A stretch of 64,000 nt of DNA from Cyanophora paradoxa CCMP329 (lineage: Eukaryota > Plantae > Glaucophyta): contig QPMI01000531.1 in assembly GCA_004431415.1 (NCBI GenBank), positions 119,844 through 183,843 on the forward strand, written 5' to 3'. Under the pieces are notes generated by a model. The model saw only the letters and a list, made by a program, of their open reading frames with translations, was not told the DNA's origin and did not search any database. The translations under genes were made by a program, and so were the position numbers. Numbering within the stretch: the first letter of the stretch is position 1; each line of letters starts with the position of its first letter. Below are positions 56,369 through 64,000 of this stretch, piece by piece.

Positions 56369-57978
56369 GATGGAGGCCAGCGTGTGCGTTCTGTGCTCTC
56401 GGGAGCCGCCGCTTCGTTCCCGCCGATGCAGAAGTGCGTCTCGGTCGGCGACCCCTCTCTCCGCGGAGCGGCTAGCTGGAGAGCTCTCCCGATGCCGCGC
56501 GCTTACACTGCGGTGCGCAGGCTCGGTTGCTGTGGCCGGCAACCTTCGAGAGCTCGATGGCACCCAAGCTGAACCACCTCGCCGCATCGCGGAGGTGCTG
56601 GCTCCCTCTTTCGCAGCTCTTTCGCTTACACTTACACTTTCGCTAGACCGTGCCGCACAGCCTCGCGCTCATTTCCCCACGTTCGCAGAACTTCGGCGTC
56701 GGCGCAGGTTCCGGGATCTGCGACCGCGCCTCCCGCAGCTCGAGCCGGCGTCTGCGGCGACCCGCGCATGCATCTAGATCCTATTCTGAAACCCGTGCGT
56801 CGATCCGGGGTCCCGGGCTCGCGTTCCTGCGCCTCCCGGACCCTCACACTGCTCCTGTTTGCATCCTAGCTAAGACCTTCCTCGCCCGCAGCCGGTCTCG
56901 TCCTCGGCACATTGTGAGCGGCATCAGTGGAGCTGGAGTTCCGCACTTTATGCAGGCCCGTGCGCCCTTTCCCGCCCCGCCCCGCCCAGCCCCGCCCCGC
57001 CTCGCGTGCGCTATAGCTAGCTAACCCTGTCGCGCGCGCCGCAGAGGGTTCGTAGCCGGAGGGCTCGCAGGCCGCGGCCCGGACACCTCCGCCGCCGTCG
57101 GCGCCGACATCGAGAACGGCCGGCTGGACGAGACCCTCGCCGGCTTCGGCTCCTGGTGCCGCCCCTACTCCTACAAGCTCGGCGGCGTCTGGCAGACCTA
57201 CATCCGCGGCATCGTCCCAAGGCCCCGCTCTCCCTCGGCGAGAGCCAGCCGGCGCTGGAGGCGATCGCGATCCCCGTCGCCCAGTTCAAGGACCCGGCGC
57301 CCGACGTCGGGCCCTTCCTCGTCAAGCCCCACACCAAGGGCAAGGGCAAGCGCACCCGCAACTCGGCGCCGGCCTTCCTCCCGCCCCAGCCCCCCGCCAC
57401 GGCCCCCAGCAGCGCCCCGGCCAGCAGCGCATCGACGAGATGCTGCCGCGCCAGGTCCGGCCCCGCGTACCCCCCGCCTTCCCTGTACCTCCCTCCCCCT
57501 CGCCCCGTTCCTGATCCAAGGGCAGGGTACCTCGGCCTCCCCCGCGAGCGCCGACGGCCCCAGCCCCGTCCCCGGCCCCGGCCACGTCCTCTCCGCGATC
57601 CAGGGCTTCGGGGCCCAGCAGGAGGCCGAGCGGCAGGCGCTGGCGGCGCGCCAGGCGCGCGAGGCGGAGGAGCGGCGCCAGGCCCTCTGGGCCCAGCGCC
57701 TCCAGCGCACCCTCGCCTTCCGCGCCGAGCTGGAGGCGGGATTCCGCGCCCGCCAGATCTCCGGTGCGGAGGCCTCGGAGACTTGGCGGGCGTTCGAGGC
57801 GGAGACGGCGGGGCTGGCGAAGACCCTCGCCCAGCCCTACCGGCGCGTGGCCGTCCCGCAGTCCTACGCGCGGCGGGCGACGCTGGAGGCCTCGCGGGCG
57901 GAGATCGACGCGGCGGAGGAGCAGGCGGAGCGCGAGGAGGCCGAGGACAACGCGCGCTTCCGGCACCTCCACCACTGA
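56369..57978 (+). CDS. Intron-containing hypothetical gene with C-terminal coiled coil
   Basis: Host-style introns (e.g. ~56956-57044 and ~57455-57526); exons ..RPYSYKLGGVWQTYIRG.. and ..QQEAERQALAARQAREAEERRQ..RHLHH*; 5' structure uncertain. Confidence 0.5.
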
Positions 57979-58026
57979 GGCCTCGAGGCGGTATTTTTTC
58001 TCAACCCCTTCCAATTCGGTCTCGCG

Positions 58027-58218
58027 ATGGCCCTCGCTGACAGCTATCCCCCGCATTACTCGCTAGGAGCCCTCGCCGCGACCCTCACCTGGCTCCTCGG
58101 CGGCACGCCCACGGCCTCGGCCGTCATCGGCGTGGGCTTCGGCTACGCCGCCAAGACCCTCTACGCCCCCGGCTCCGTCTCGATGGCGACGGCCGGCATG
58201 CGCCCCGCGGGGCGTTAA
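58027..58218 (+). CDS. Small hydrophobic protein
   Basis: 63 aa ORF with two hydrophobic stretches. Confidence 0.55.
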   Translation: MALADSYPPHYSLGALAATLTWLLGGTPTASAVIGVGFGYAAKTLYAPGSVSMATAGMRPAGR

Positions 58219-58325
58219 CTCTCCCTTTTCAAAGTTCCATTCCCCCCTTTCCCTTTTCAAAGTTGCGACGTCCTTTTGAGTCCGTTGGCATTTAAATTTT
58301 CTTCATCGTCTGTACACGTCTAAAC

Positions 58326-58822
58326 ATGCCCAACGCCGTAGAGAAGCTGTTGTGTACGGTGTTCAAATCGGACTCGCGCTGCAGCAAGATCGGCGAGGCT
58401 GCCAAGGGCGGGGGCGGGGCGAAGGCCGGCGGCGGGGCGGAGGGCCTAAGATAAGGGGCGCGGACCCGGCGCCGCCGGCGCTAAAGTCGATTAAGGCTGC
58501 GGGCAAGGGCCGCGGCGTCGGGCCCCTGCCCCTCGTGGCGATCGCCCCGGGCCAGCGCGAGGCGGCGCACGCGGCGACGGCGGCGCTGGCCTCGCAGCAG
58601 CAGAGGGAGGGGGCGCCGCGCCTGAGCGCCGGCCTCTGGTCGCAGCCTGCGCCCGCGCGCGAGTACGGCGTCAGCGCTTACTTCGACGGCGCGAACGAGC
58701 TGAGCCGCCAGGAGATCTGGGCCTGGGAGGCGCGGCGCGCGGTCGACGGGCACCTGCCGTTGCTCGTGGCGCTCGGCGGCTCGCTCCTCATGGTCTGGTA
58801 CCTGCGCGGCTTCGCGATTTAG
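58326..58822 (+). CDS. Small protein with C-terminal TM anchor (frameshifted)
   Basis: MPNAVEKLLC.. joined to the frame ending LPLLVALGGSLLMVWYLRGFAI. Confidence 0.6.
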
Positions 58823-58851
58823 ATAGATTTTCGAAGCGCTAGCTAGTAGAG

Positions 58852-59178
58852 ATGAGCTGGCTCGACGCGCTGCTCACCAAGACCTTTGGGCCCAAGGGCG
58901 CGCCGCGGCTGCAGTTCGGTGAGCTCAACGCCGCGATCGGCGCCACAGTCGAGATGAAGAACCGCGAGAACGTGCTGCGCGGCGACGGAGGCGCGTGGGC
59001 GGACATTGCGGCGGGCGCGCTGGGCTCCGCACTCACCGCACCGGGCAAGGCGGGCCGCGCGCTCACGGACGTGGCCGAGCGCTTCTGGCACTGGCTCAAG
59101 GTTGCCGTGGTCATCGCCGCAGCGGTTGTGGCGGGTCTCCTGGTGCTCGAGGCTCGCGCGCTATTTTCTAAACGCTAG
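58852..59178 (+). CDS. Small protein with C-terminal TM anchor
   Basis: 108 aa; WLKVAVVIAAAVVAGLLVL. Confidence 0.7.
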   Translation: MSWLDALLTKTFGPKGAPRLQFGELNAAIGATVEMKNRENVLRGDGGAWADIAAGALGSALTAPGKAGRALTDVAERFWHWLKVAVVIAAAVVAGLLVLEARALFSKR

Positions 59179-59193
59179 GTAAAGCGAGCGAAC

Positions 59194-59598
59194 CATGCCC
59201 CGCGGCGGCTCTTCCCCCGTGTCTCCTTCGCTGAGAACGAAGTCGCCGCTACCCCCCTGGAGCCCGGCGTCAAGCTGGAGCGCGCGAACGCAGTCTCCGT
59301 CAAGAAGGCCAAGCGCGCGCTGGTTCTAGAAGTCCCCAAGACCGCCTCGCAGTTCCTTCCCACGTCCGAGTACGACGGCACGGAAGATACGGAGAAGGTT
59401 GCATTCAACAAGCGCAAGACGTACAAGGCGATACGCGAGGGCCAGCTGCTGCCCACGGACGCGGTTCCCGGGCTGCCGGGCACCACGGCCGGCGAGCTGC
59501 TCGTGCGCAACCTGCGCCTGCAGTACGTCTCCCGCCTCCGCCGCTCCAAGGCCAAGAAGGCGCGCCTGGACTCGGGCGATAGCAGCTCTAGCTCGTAG
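59194..59598 (+). CDS. Small basic hypothetical protein (frameshift near start)
   Basis: Open frame ..KLERANAVSVKKAKR..RLRRSKAKKARLDSGDSSSSS*. Confidence 0.55.
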   Translation, partial: HAPRRLFPRVSFAENEVAATPLEPGVKLERANAVSVKKAKRALVLEVPKTASQFLPTSEYDGTEDTEKVAFNKRKTYKAIREGQLLPTDAVPGLPGTTAGELLVRNLRLQYVSRLRRSKAKKARLDSGDSSSSS

Positions 59599-59614
59599 GG
59601 CTCTGTACTCAATA

Positions 59615-59899
59615 CTACCAGTTCCTGTTCCTATCCCAGAGCACGACTCGGGTAAAGGGCACGGTCATAGCGAACATGAACTCGGCAAACTTGGAGAAGT
59701 TCATGAGGGTCCCTAGGCGCGGGTCCTCCCAGTAGATAGCTTCGCGCAGGGACTCGTAGATGCGCATGAGGGAGCGCTCGTTCTCGGTCGCGAAGGCGTC
59801 GGAGGGCTCGTCGGGATCCGGATCCGAGAGCTCCGAGTACTCGTCCGAGCTGCCAGCGCTCTCGACGCCTGCGGCCGGGTCGGGCGAGGGGTCAGCCAT
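59615..59899 (-). CDS. Small acidic hypothetical protein
   Basis: 94 aa ATG ORF tightly packed with neighbours. Confidence 0.65.
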   Translation of the reverse strand: MADPSPDPAAGVESAGSSDEYSELSDPDPDEPSDAFATENERSLMRIYESLREAIYWEDPRLGTLMNFSKFAEFMFAMTVPFTRVVLWDRNRNW

Positions 59900-59925
59900 T
59901 CTTTGCTGGTAGAAGGGCTAGAAAA

Positions 59926-60266
59926 TCACGGGCGCCGGTACTCCATCGAGTCGCCGCGCCAGTACTTGTTGCCGGAGGCGAGCAGCTTCATCGGCTCGCC
60001 CGTCGAGTCGTGCGTCCAGGCCTCGCCCGTCCAGACGGCCGTGCCGCCGTCCTCTAGCTTGAGGCGGTGGCCCGCCTCGAGCCGATCGCCGTTGAGCATG
60101 CGGCCGGCCATGAGCGCCAGGTCCCACTCGGTGAGGCCGCGCTGCTCTTCGGGGTGAGGCCGCGCTCGACGCGCTCGGGCTGGCGCGCCTCGCGCTCCAT
60201 GCGGCTGAGGCCCACCAGGAAGAAGATCGGCAGCGCAAAGGCCATGAGATCTAGCAGGGCCTCCAT
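59926..60266 (-). CDS. Small protein with N-terminal TM segment (frameshifted)
   Basis: MEALLDLMAFALPIFFLVGL.. joined to ..GTAVWTGEAWTHDSTG.. Confidence 0.6.
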
Positions 60267-60276
60267 TGGGCAAGAC

Positions 60277-60570
60277 TTAGAAAAGGTTCCGGGCCAGGCC
60301 CGAGAGCTGCGGGCCCAGGCGCCGGGCGGCGTAGTAGAGCGCGGCGGCCGCGGCGGCCAGGATCAGAAGGCGCGGCGGGCCGCGCGCGGGCTCCTCCAGG
60401 GTCAAGTCCACGGTCTCTGGCTCGCGGGCCGGCGTCGCCAGGATCTCGGGCTCGGAGCTAAGGGACTTGGGCCCGCGGCGGCGGCGCTGCTTGGGGGCGG
60501 AGGCGGCGGCGGCGGCGGAGAGAAGGTCCTCGGGCTCCTGCTTGATACCTGCGCAGTCAGTAAAGTCCAT
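60277..60570 (-). CDS. Small protein with C-terminal hydrophobic segment
   Basis: 97 aa; LLILAAAAAALYYAA. Confidence 0.6.
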   Translation of the reverse strand: MDFTDCAGIKQEPEDLLSAAAAASAPKQRRRRGPKSLSSEPEILATPAREPETVDLTLEEPARGPPRLLILAAAAAALYYAARRLGPQLSGLARNLF

Positions 60571-60634
60571 GCTTGCTGGGTACCTCGGAAAATTGTGGGA
60601 GGTGCCCGGCGGCTGCGAACGTAGGATGGGGGGA

Positions 60635-62070
60635 GAAGTGACGCGGACGCGAATACGTCATAGTCGAATACGTCATAGTCCAAAACCTGGACTCGGGACT
60701 CGGCCCGGGCCCTGGGGAGGGGGGTACATGTTATGTCCAAATGTCCAAATGTCCAAATGTCCAAATGTCCAATTGAAAGGTTGCGGAGGTTGCGGACGCG
60801 TCACAAATACGTCATAGTCGAATACGTCATAGTCCAAAACCTGGACTTGGGACCTGGGCCCAGACTCTCGCCAAGTTTCAAATAATAATACTGTACCCCT
60901 GTTATCTGCAAGCTTATCTTATCGTTATCGTGTCACCTATCCTATCCCGATCCTATCGCTATCCTTTCGCGATCGCTTGACTACACTATTGCATTCATTG
61001 CTTTTGAATGTAGTTAATGTCATAGCAACTTGAACATGATGTCATGATGATTTCAAGTTAAATACCGGGGTACGGTGTTTTTGTTCAAGTCTCTTTTTTT
61101 TACCGGCAGGGCCCGGGCCGAGTCCCGAGTCCAGGTTTTGGACTATGACGTATTCGACTATGACGTATTTGTGACGCGTCCGCAACCTCCGCAACCTTTC
61201 AGTTAATTAATTAAGCACTGGGCTAGCGCTAGGCTAGCTAGATATCGATACCAGCTAGCTAGCTCAGCTCTACCCTGCCCAAGTTGATGGTATCTAGCAG
61301 CGCCTGCTCCTCTAAGTCTGCACCGCCTCCTCCTAGCGCTAGCGCTAGCTCGATACCGCCTCCAGACTTGATCTCCTTGGCTTCAGCCACCGAAGGGGCT
61401 CAGGCCACCTCCTCCTGGTGAAGCCGGTATCGTTGCGCTTGTCCAGCTTGAGGTAGCGGTAGGGCGCCGGCGCCGGCCAGTCGGGCCTGTGGCTGCTGGC
61501 CTCCTTGGCTATGTCCTTGGGCCTACGCGGAAGCAGGTCGGCCTTGGCCTTGGCCTTCTGCAGAGGGCCCAGCGCCTTGAACTTCGGTGCCTTCGTCGCC
61601 GGCAGGGCCTTCGGCTGAGGCTTCGGTGCCTTCTGCGCCTTCGTCTTCGGCTGCGGCTGCGGCTTTAGCTGCTTCGATTTCGGCATACTTCTTGCTCATA
61701 AATGAGAAAAGCGCCTCGAAGTCGGCTTTTATCTCCTCCTTGGTCCAGGATGTCATCTGAGTCGGGTCACCTGAGAACGGCGCATCGAACGCCACGTGGA
61801 GCGATTTGCAGGCCTGAGCTATCATTGGCTCCGGCCAGGCCAGCTCGATCAGCTGAAGGTAGATACTGAGGGCCTTGTCGAGCTTGGCGCCCTGGGAGAC
61901 TAGCTGGGAGATGGCGGGCTCCATGGTACTGGATTAAGCAGCTAGCCGGGGTTCAGAAAATGGCGCCAAGTCCGAGCTTATTTTTTTACCGGCGGGGCCT
62001 GGCGAGTCCCGAGTCCAGGTTTTGGACTATGACGTATTCGACTATGACGTATTCGCGTCCGCGTCACTTC
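60635..62070. promoter_or_regulatory. Control region: four ~80-bp motif copies in inverted arrangement, (ATGTCCAA)5 and an AT-rich core
   Basis: Copies at 60635-60714 and 60774-60853 versus reverse complements at 61107-61201 and 61981-62070; 8-mer array at 60733-60772. Confidence 0.8.
61523..61924 (-). CDS. Hypothetical protein
   Basis: 133 aa ATG ORF; an overlapping Lys/Pro-rich frame (61345-61686) may be the true C-terminus. Confidence 0.55.
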   Translation of the reverse strand: MEPAISQLVSQGAKLDKALSIYLQLIELAWPEPMIAQACKSLHVAFDAPFSGDPTQMTSWTKEEIKADFEALFSFMSKKYAEIEAAKAAAAAEDEGAEGTEASAEGPAGDEGTEVQGAGPSAEGQGQGRPASA

Positions 62071-62174
62071 CCCCCCTCTTCAGGTGAGCGCTCACCTGAC
62101 CCTCACCTGAACGGCCTCAAAACCGCAGCCGCGCCGCGCCCTCGCTCACACTTCACAGCCAAGAAGAATCAAGA

Positions 62175-62422
62175 ATGTGCGCCCCAAGTACGAGACCTGC
62201 TGCCTGACCTTCGGCATCTTCGAGTACGAGGCCATGGACGAGGATCTCGACGAGAACGGCGAGATCTGCTTCAACTACTGCAGGCTGCTGCGCAACATCT
62301 CGCTGGAGTGCCGCAAAGGGCGACTGCTTCCAGCACATCATGCTCAATCCGCAAGAACGAGATCACCCTGTACGCCGTCGCCAGCCCCAGCGCCAGATTT
62401 AGACTCTCGAATATTCGCGTAG
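62175..62422 (+). CDS. Small Cys/acidic hypothetical protein (frameshifted)
   Basis: ..KYETCCLTFGIFEYEAMDEDLDENGEICFNYC..; end uncertain. Confidence 0.45.
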
Positions 62423-62577
62423 CCGTGATTGAGGCTCTCCCCCTCCCAGTGAGACGAATTGAACACGTGTTTTACCTGAATCACCTGAGCGCTCACCCGA
62501 GGTCAGCCTGAAGTCAGGTGGGGCGGCCTTAAATATTTTCTAGCGCTAGGCTGATCGCACACTAAGCTCAGACAACA

Positions 62578-63351
62578 ATGGCCACCGTCCGCAACGCCAC
62601 CGAGATCGACCCCGCCAAGCTCGCCTTCGAAATCGATGCCAACGCCGCATCAAGGCCAAGTACGACGGCCTGCAGGGCCTCATGATGTACGCGCCGCCCA
62701 TGGTCACGATCAACCCGTGCATCACACCGAGCAAGGCAAGGCGTGGAGCGACGAGAAGAAGGCCTTCGTCATGGAAGAAAACGGCGGATTTTACACGCTG
62801 GACCTCACCGATCTCAGCGCCGTCGACGGCCAGACGAACCAGCCGCGGACGAGTTCCTCAAGCTGCTGGAGGCCCTGGACGCGAAATTCTGCGAGTTCGT
62901 GCAGCAGAACCAGGCCAAGCTCAAGGTCTCGCCCGGGCGCGCCCTCTCCAAGGATCAGATCTCGGTGCTGCGACGCCCAGCGTGCGCATCAAGGTCGACA
63001 AGGAGTCGGGCCAGGCCTTCTACAAGTACCTCAACATGCGCATCCGCACGCAGACGATGGCGGGCAAGCGCAAGACGATCCCAGTCGTCGACATGTCCAA
63101 CTACCTCATCACGAGCGCGCCACATCGGCACCGGAGACCTGGTGGCGGCCCTCGTTAAAATCGACACCGCCTACGCCATCCCGAGGGCAAGTTCGGCCTC
63201 AAGTGGTCCTTCCTCGCCGTGCAGCAGTGCAAGGTCGGCGCCTTTCGCTTCGCCGGCCGCACGCCCGAGCTGCCTTCAAGCCCTACGACAACGAGGCCGA
63301 TTTCGAGCCCTACCTAAACCCCGAGTCTATGTACACCACCCCATGCAGTAG
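62578..63351 (+). CDS. Single-stranded DNA-binding protein, T7 gp2.5/NCLDV-like OB fold (frameshifted)
   Basis: EFLKLLEALDAKF, GDLVAALVKIDTAY..GKFGLKWSFLAVQ, acidic/aromatic tail; AATAAA at 63361. Confidence 0.7.
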
Positions 63352-63400
63352 TTTAGAACGAATAAATTGTAAATTCTCTGGTGCAATTGATTACAAGCGT

Positions 63401-64000
63401 TTACATCAGAGGCCGTTGAACTTGCCGCCACCGCCCTGGCTCCGCCGCCGTCGAGGCCGCCGCCTCCGTCACCTCCTTCATCATCTCCGGTTCGCGTTGG
63501 CCGCGTGCACCGCCAGCACCGTCTGCACCAGGGCCATCCCCAGGCGCGCTCGGCCCAGGGTCACCGTAGCGCGAGTACTTAATCACCAGCTCCTCTAAGA
63601 TCGGCTGCACCTGGTCCATGGAAGAGAGCGTCGCCTGCCCGAGCCCGTCTAACTTCAGGCGATCGGATCGTACGCTTTGTTAAGGTGCTCCAGCGAGTGC
63701 ATGCCGCGATCAGAAAGAGGCGCGCCGCCTCCAGCGAACCCCGCGTGCTCAGCTCGCGCTGAATTTCCTCGTACTCTTCCTTCAGCTCGTCCAGCGGCGT
63801 GGCGAGGCTCAGCTTCTTCGTGGACGTCAGCTCGCCCCCGAACGAGCGCCTGTACTGCGCGATCTGCCGCAGAACCTGCTTCTTCTCGTCCACGTCCACC
63901 TCGCCTCGTCGCGCGGCCTCTCCTGCAGGTCGATCCCACGCCTTTTTCACGCTCTGCTCCTTCTTCTTCGTCATTTCGATGTGCTCCTGCACGCTGAAGC
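63401..64000 (-). CDS. DUF5767-like conserved viral protein (5' part outside window, frameshifted)
   Basis: LDELKEEYEEI, LEHLNKAYDPI.LKLDGL, ILEELVIKY, RLGMALVQT resemble the NCLDV/PLV DUF5767 pattern. Confidence 0.7.

Larger units (their letters stand above)
49808..64000. mobile_element. Endogenous DNA virus-like element (Polinton-like or small NCLDV-related); left edge approximate, continues past the window end
   Basis: Dense, mostly intronless ORFs on both strands; YqaJ, OBP helicase, SSB and DUF5767-like genes; private repeat families. Confidence 0.8.

Noticed and set aside
7511-64000. Frameshifts as evidence that the elements are dead
   Set aside because: Single-base indels affect host genes, the virus block and a gypsy element with identical LTRs alike, so assembly error is likely; needs read polishing
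1-64000. tRNA, rRNA or other structured RNA genes
   Set aside because: None recognised by eye; would need tRNAscan/Infernal

Overview
A very GC-rich eukaryotic (protist/alga-like) window; the organism cannot be identified from sequence alone. Host genes are split by many 55-80 nt GC-rich introns, so most long ORFs in the supplied track are spurious. Host genes, by manual splicing: a type-I membrane protein with three CX10C modules, a TKL kinase with a C-terminal SH2 domain, a multi-TM class I cyclic-nucleotide phosphodiesterase, a CAMK-like kinase with a large insert, a second SH2 protein carrying a tandem exon+intron array and an exonic MITE, a Ser/Pro/Thr-repeat membrane glycoprotein, and a 5'-truncated DNA polymerase theta-like fragment. 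Mobile DNA: (i) a complete tyrosine-recombinase retrotransposon (PAT/DIRS-like; gag, RT, RNase H, methyltransferase, YR) with an unusual X-A-gag-BA-pol-YR-B-X repeat layout; (ii) a young Ty3/gypsy element with apparently identical 429-bp LTRs, a UCC_UUU_CGG +1 frameshift site and internal copies of its presumed plus-strand primer sequence, nested in (iii) a non-autonomous hAT-like element carrying a 150/450-bp higher-order repeat. The last ~14 kb (about 49.8 kb to beyond the window end) is gene-dense and mostly intronless, and looks like an endogenous DNA virus. It encodes a YqaJ nuclease, a UL9/OBP-like helicase bracketed by oriS-like palindromes, a T7-type SSB, a DUF5767-like protein and small membrane proteins, and carries a second inverted-repeat/iteron control region. 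Single-base frameshifts occur throughout and are probably at least partly assembly errors. All family calls are by motif recognition; no searches were run.
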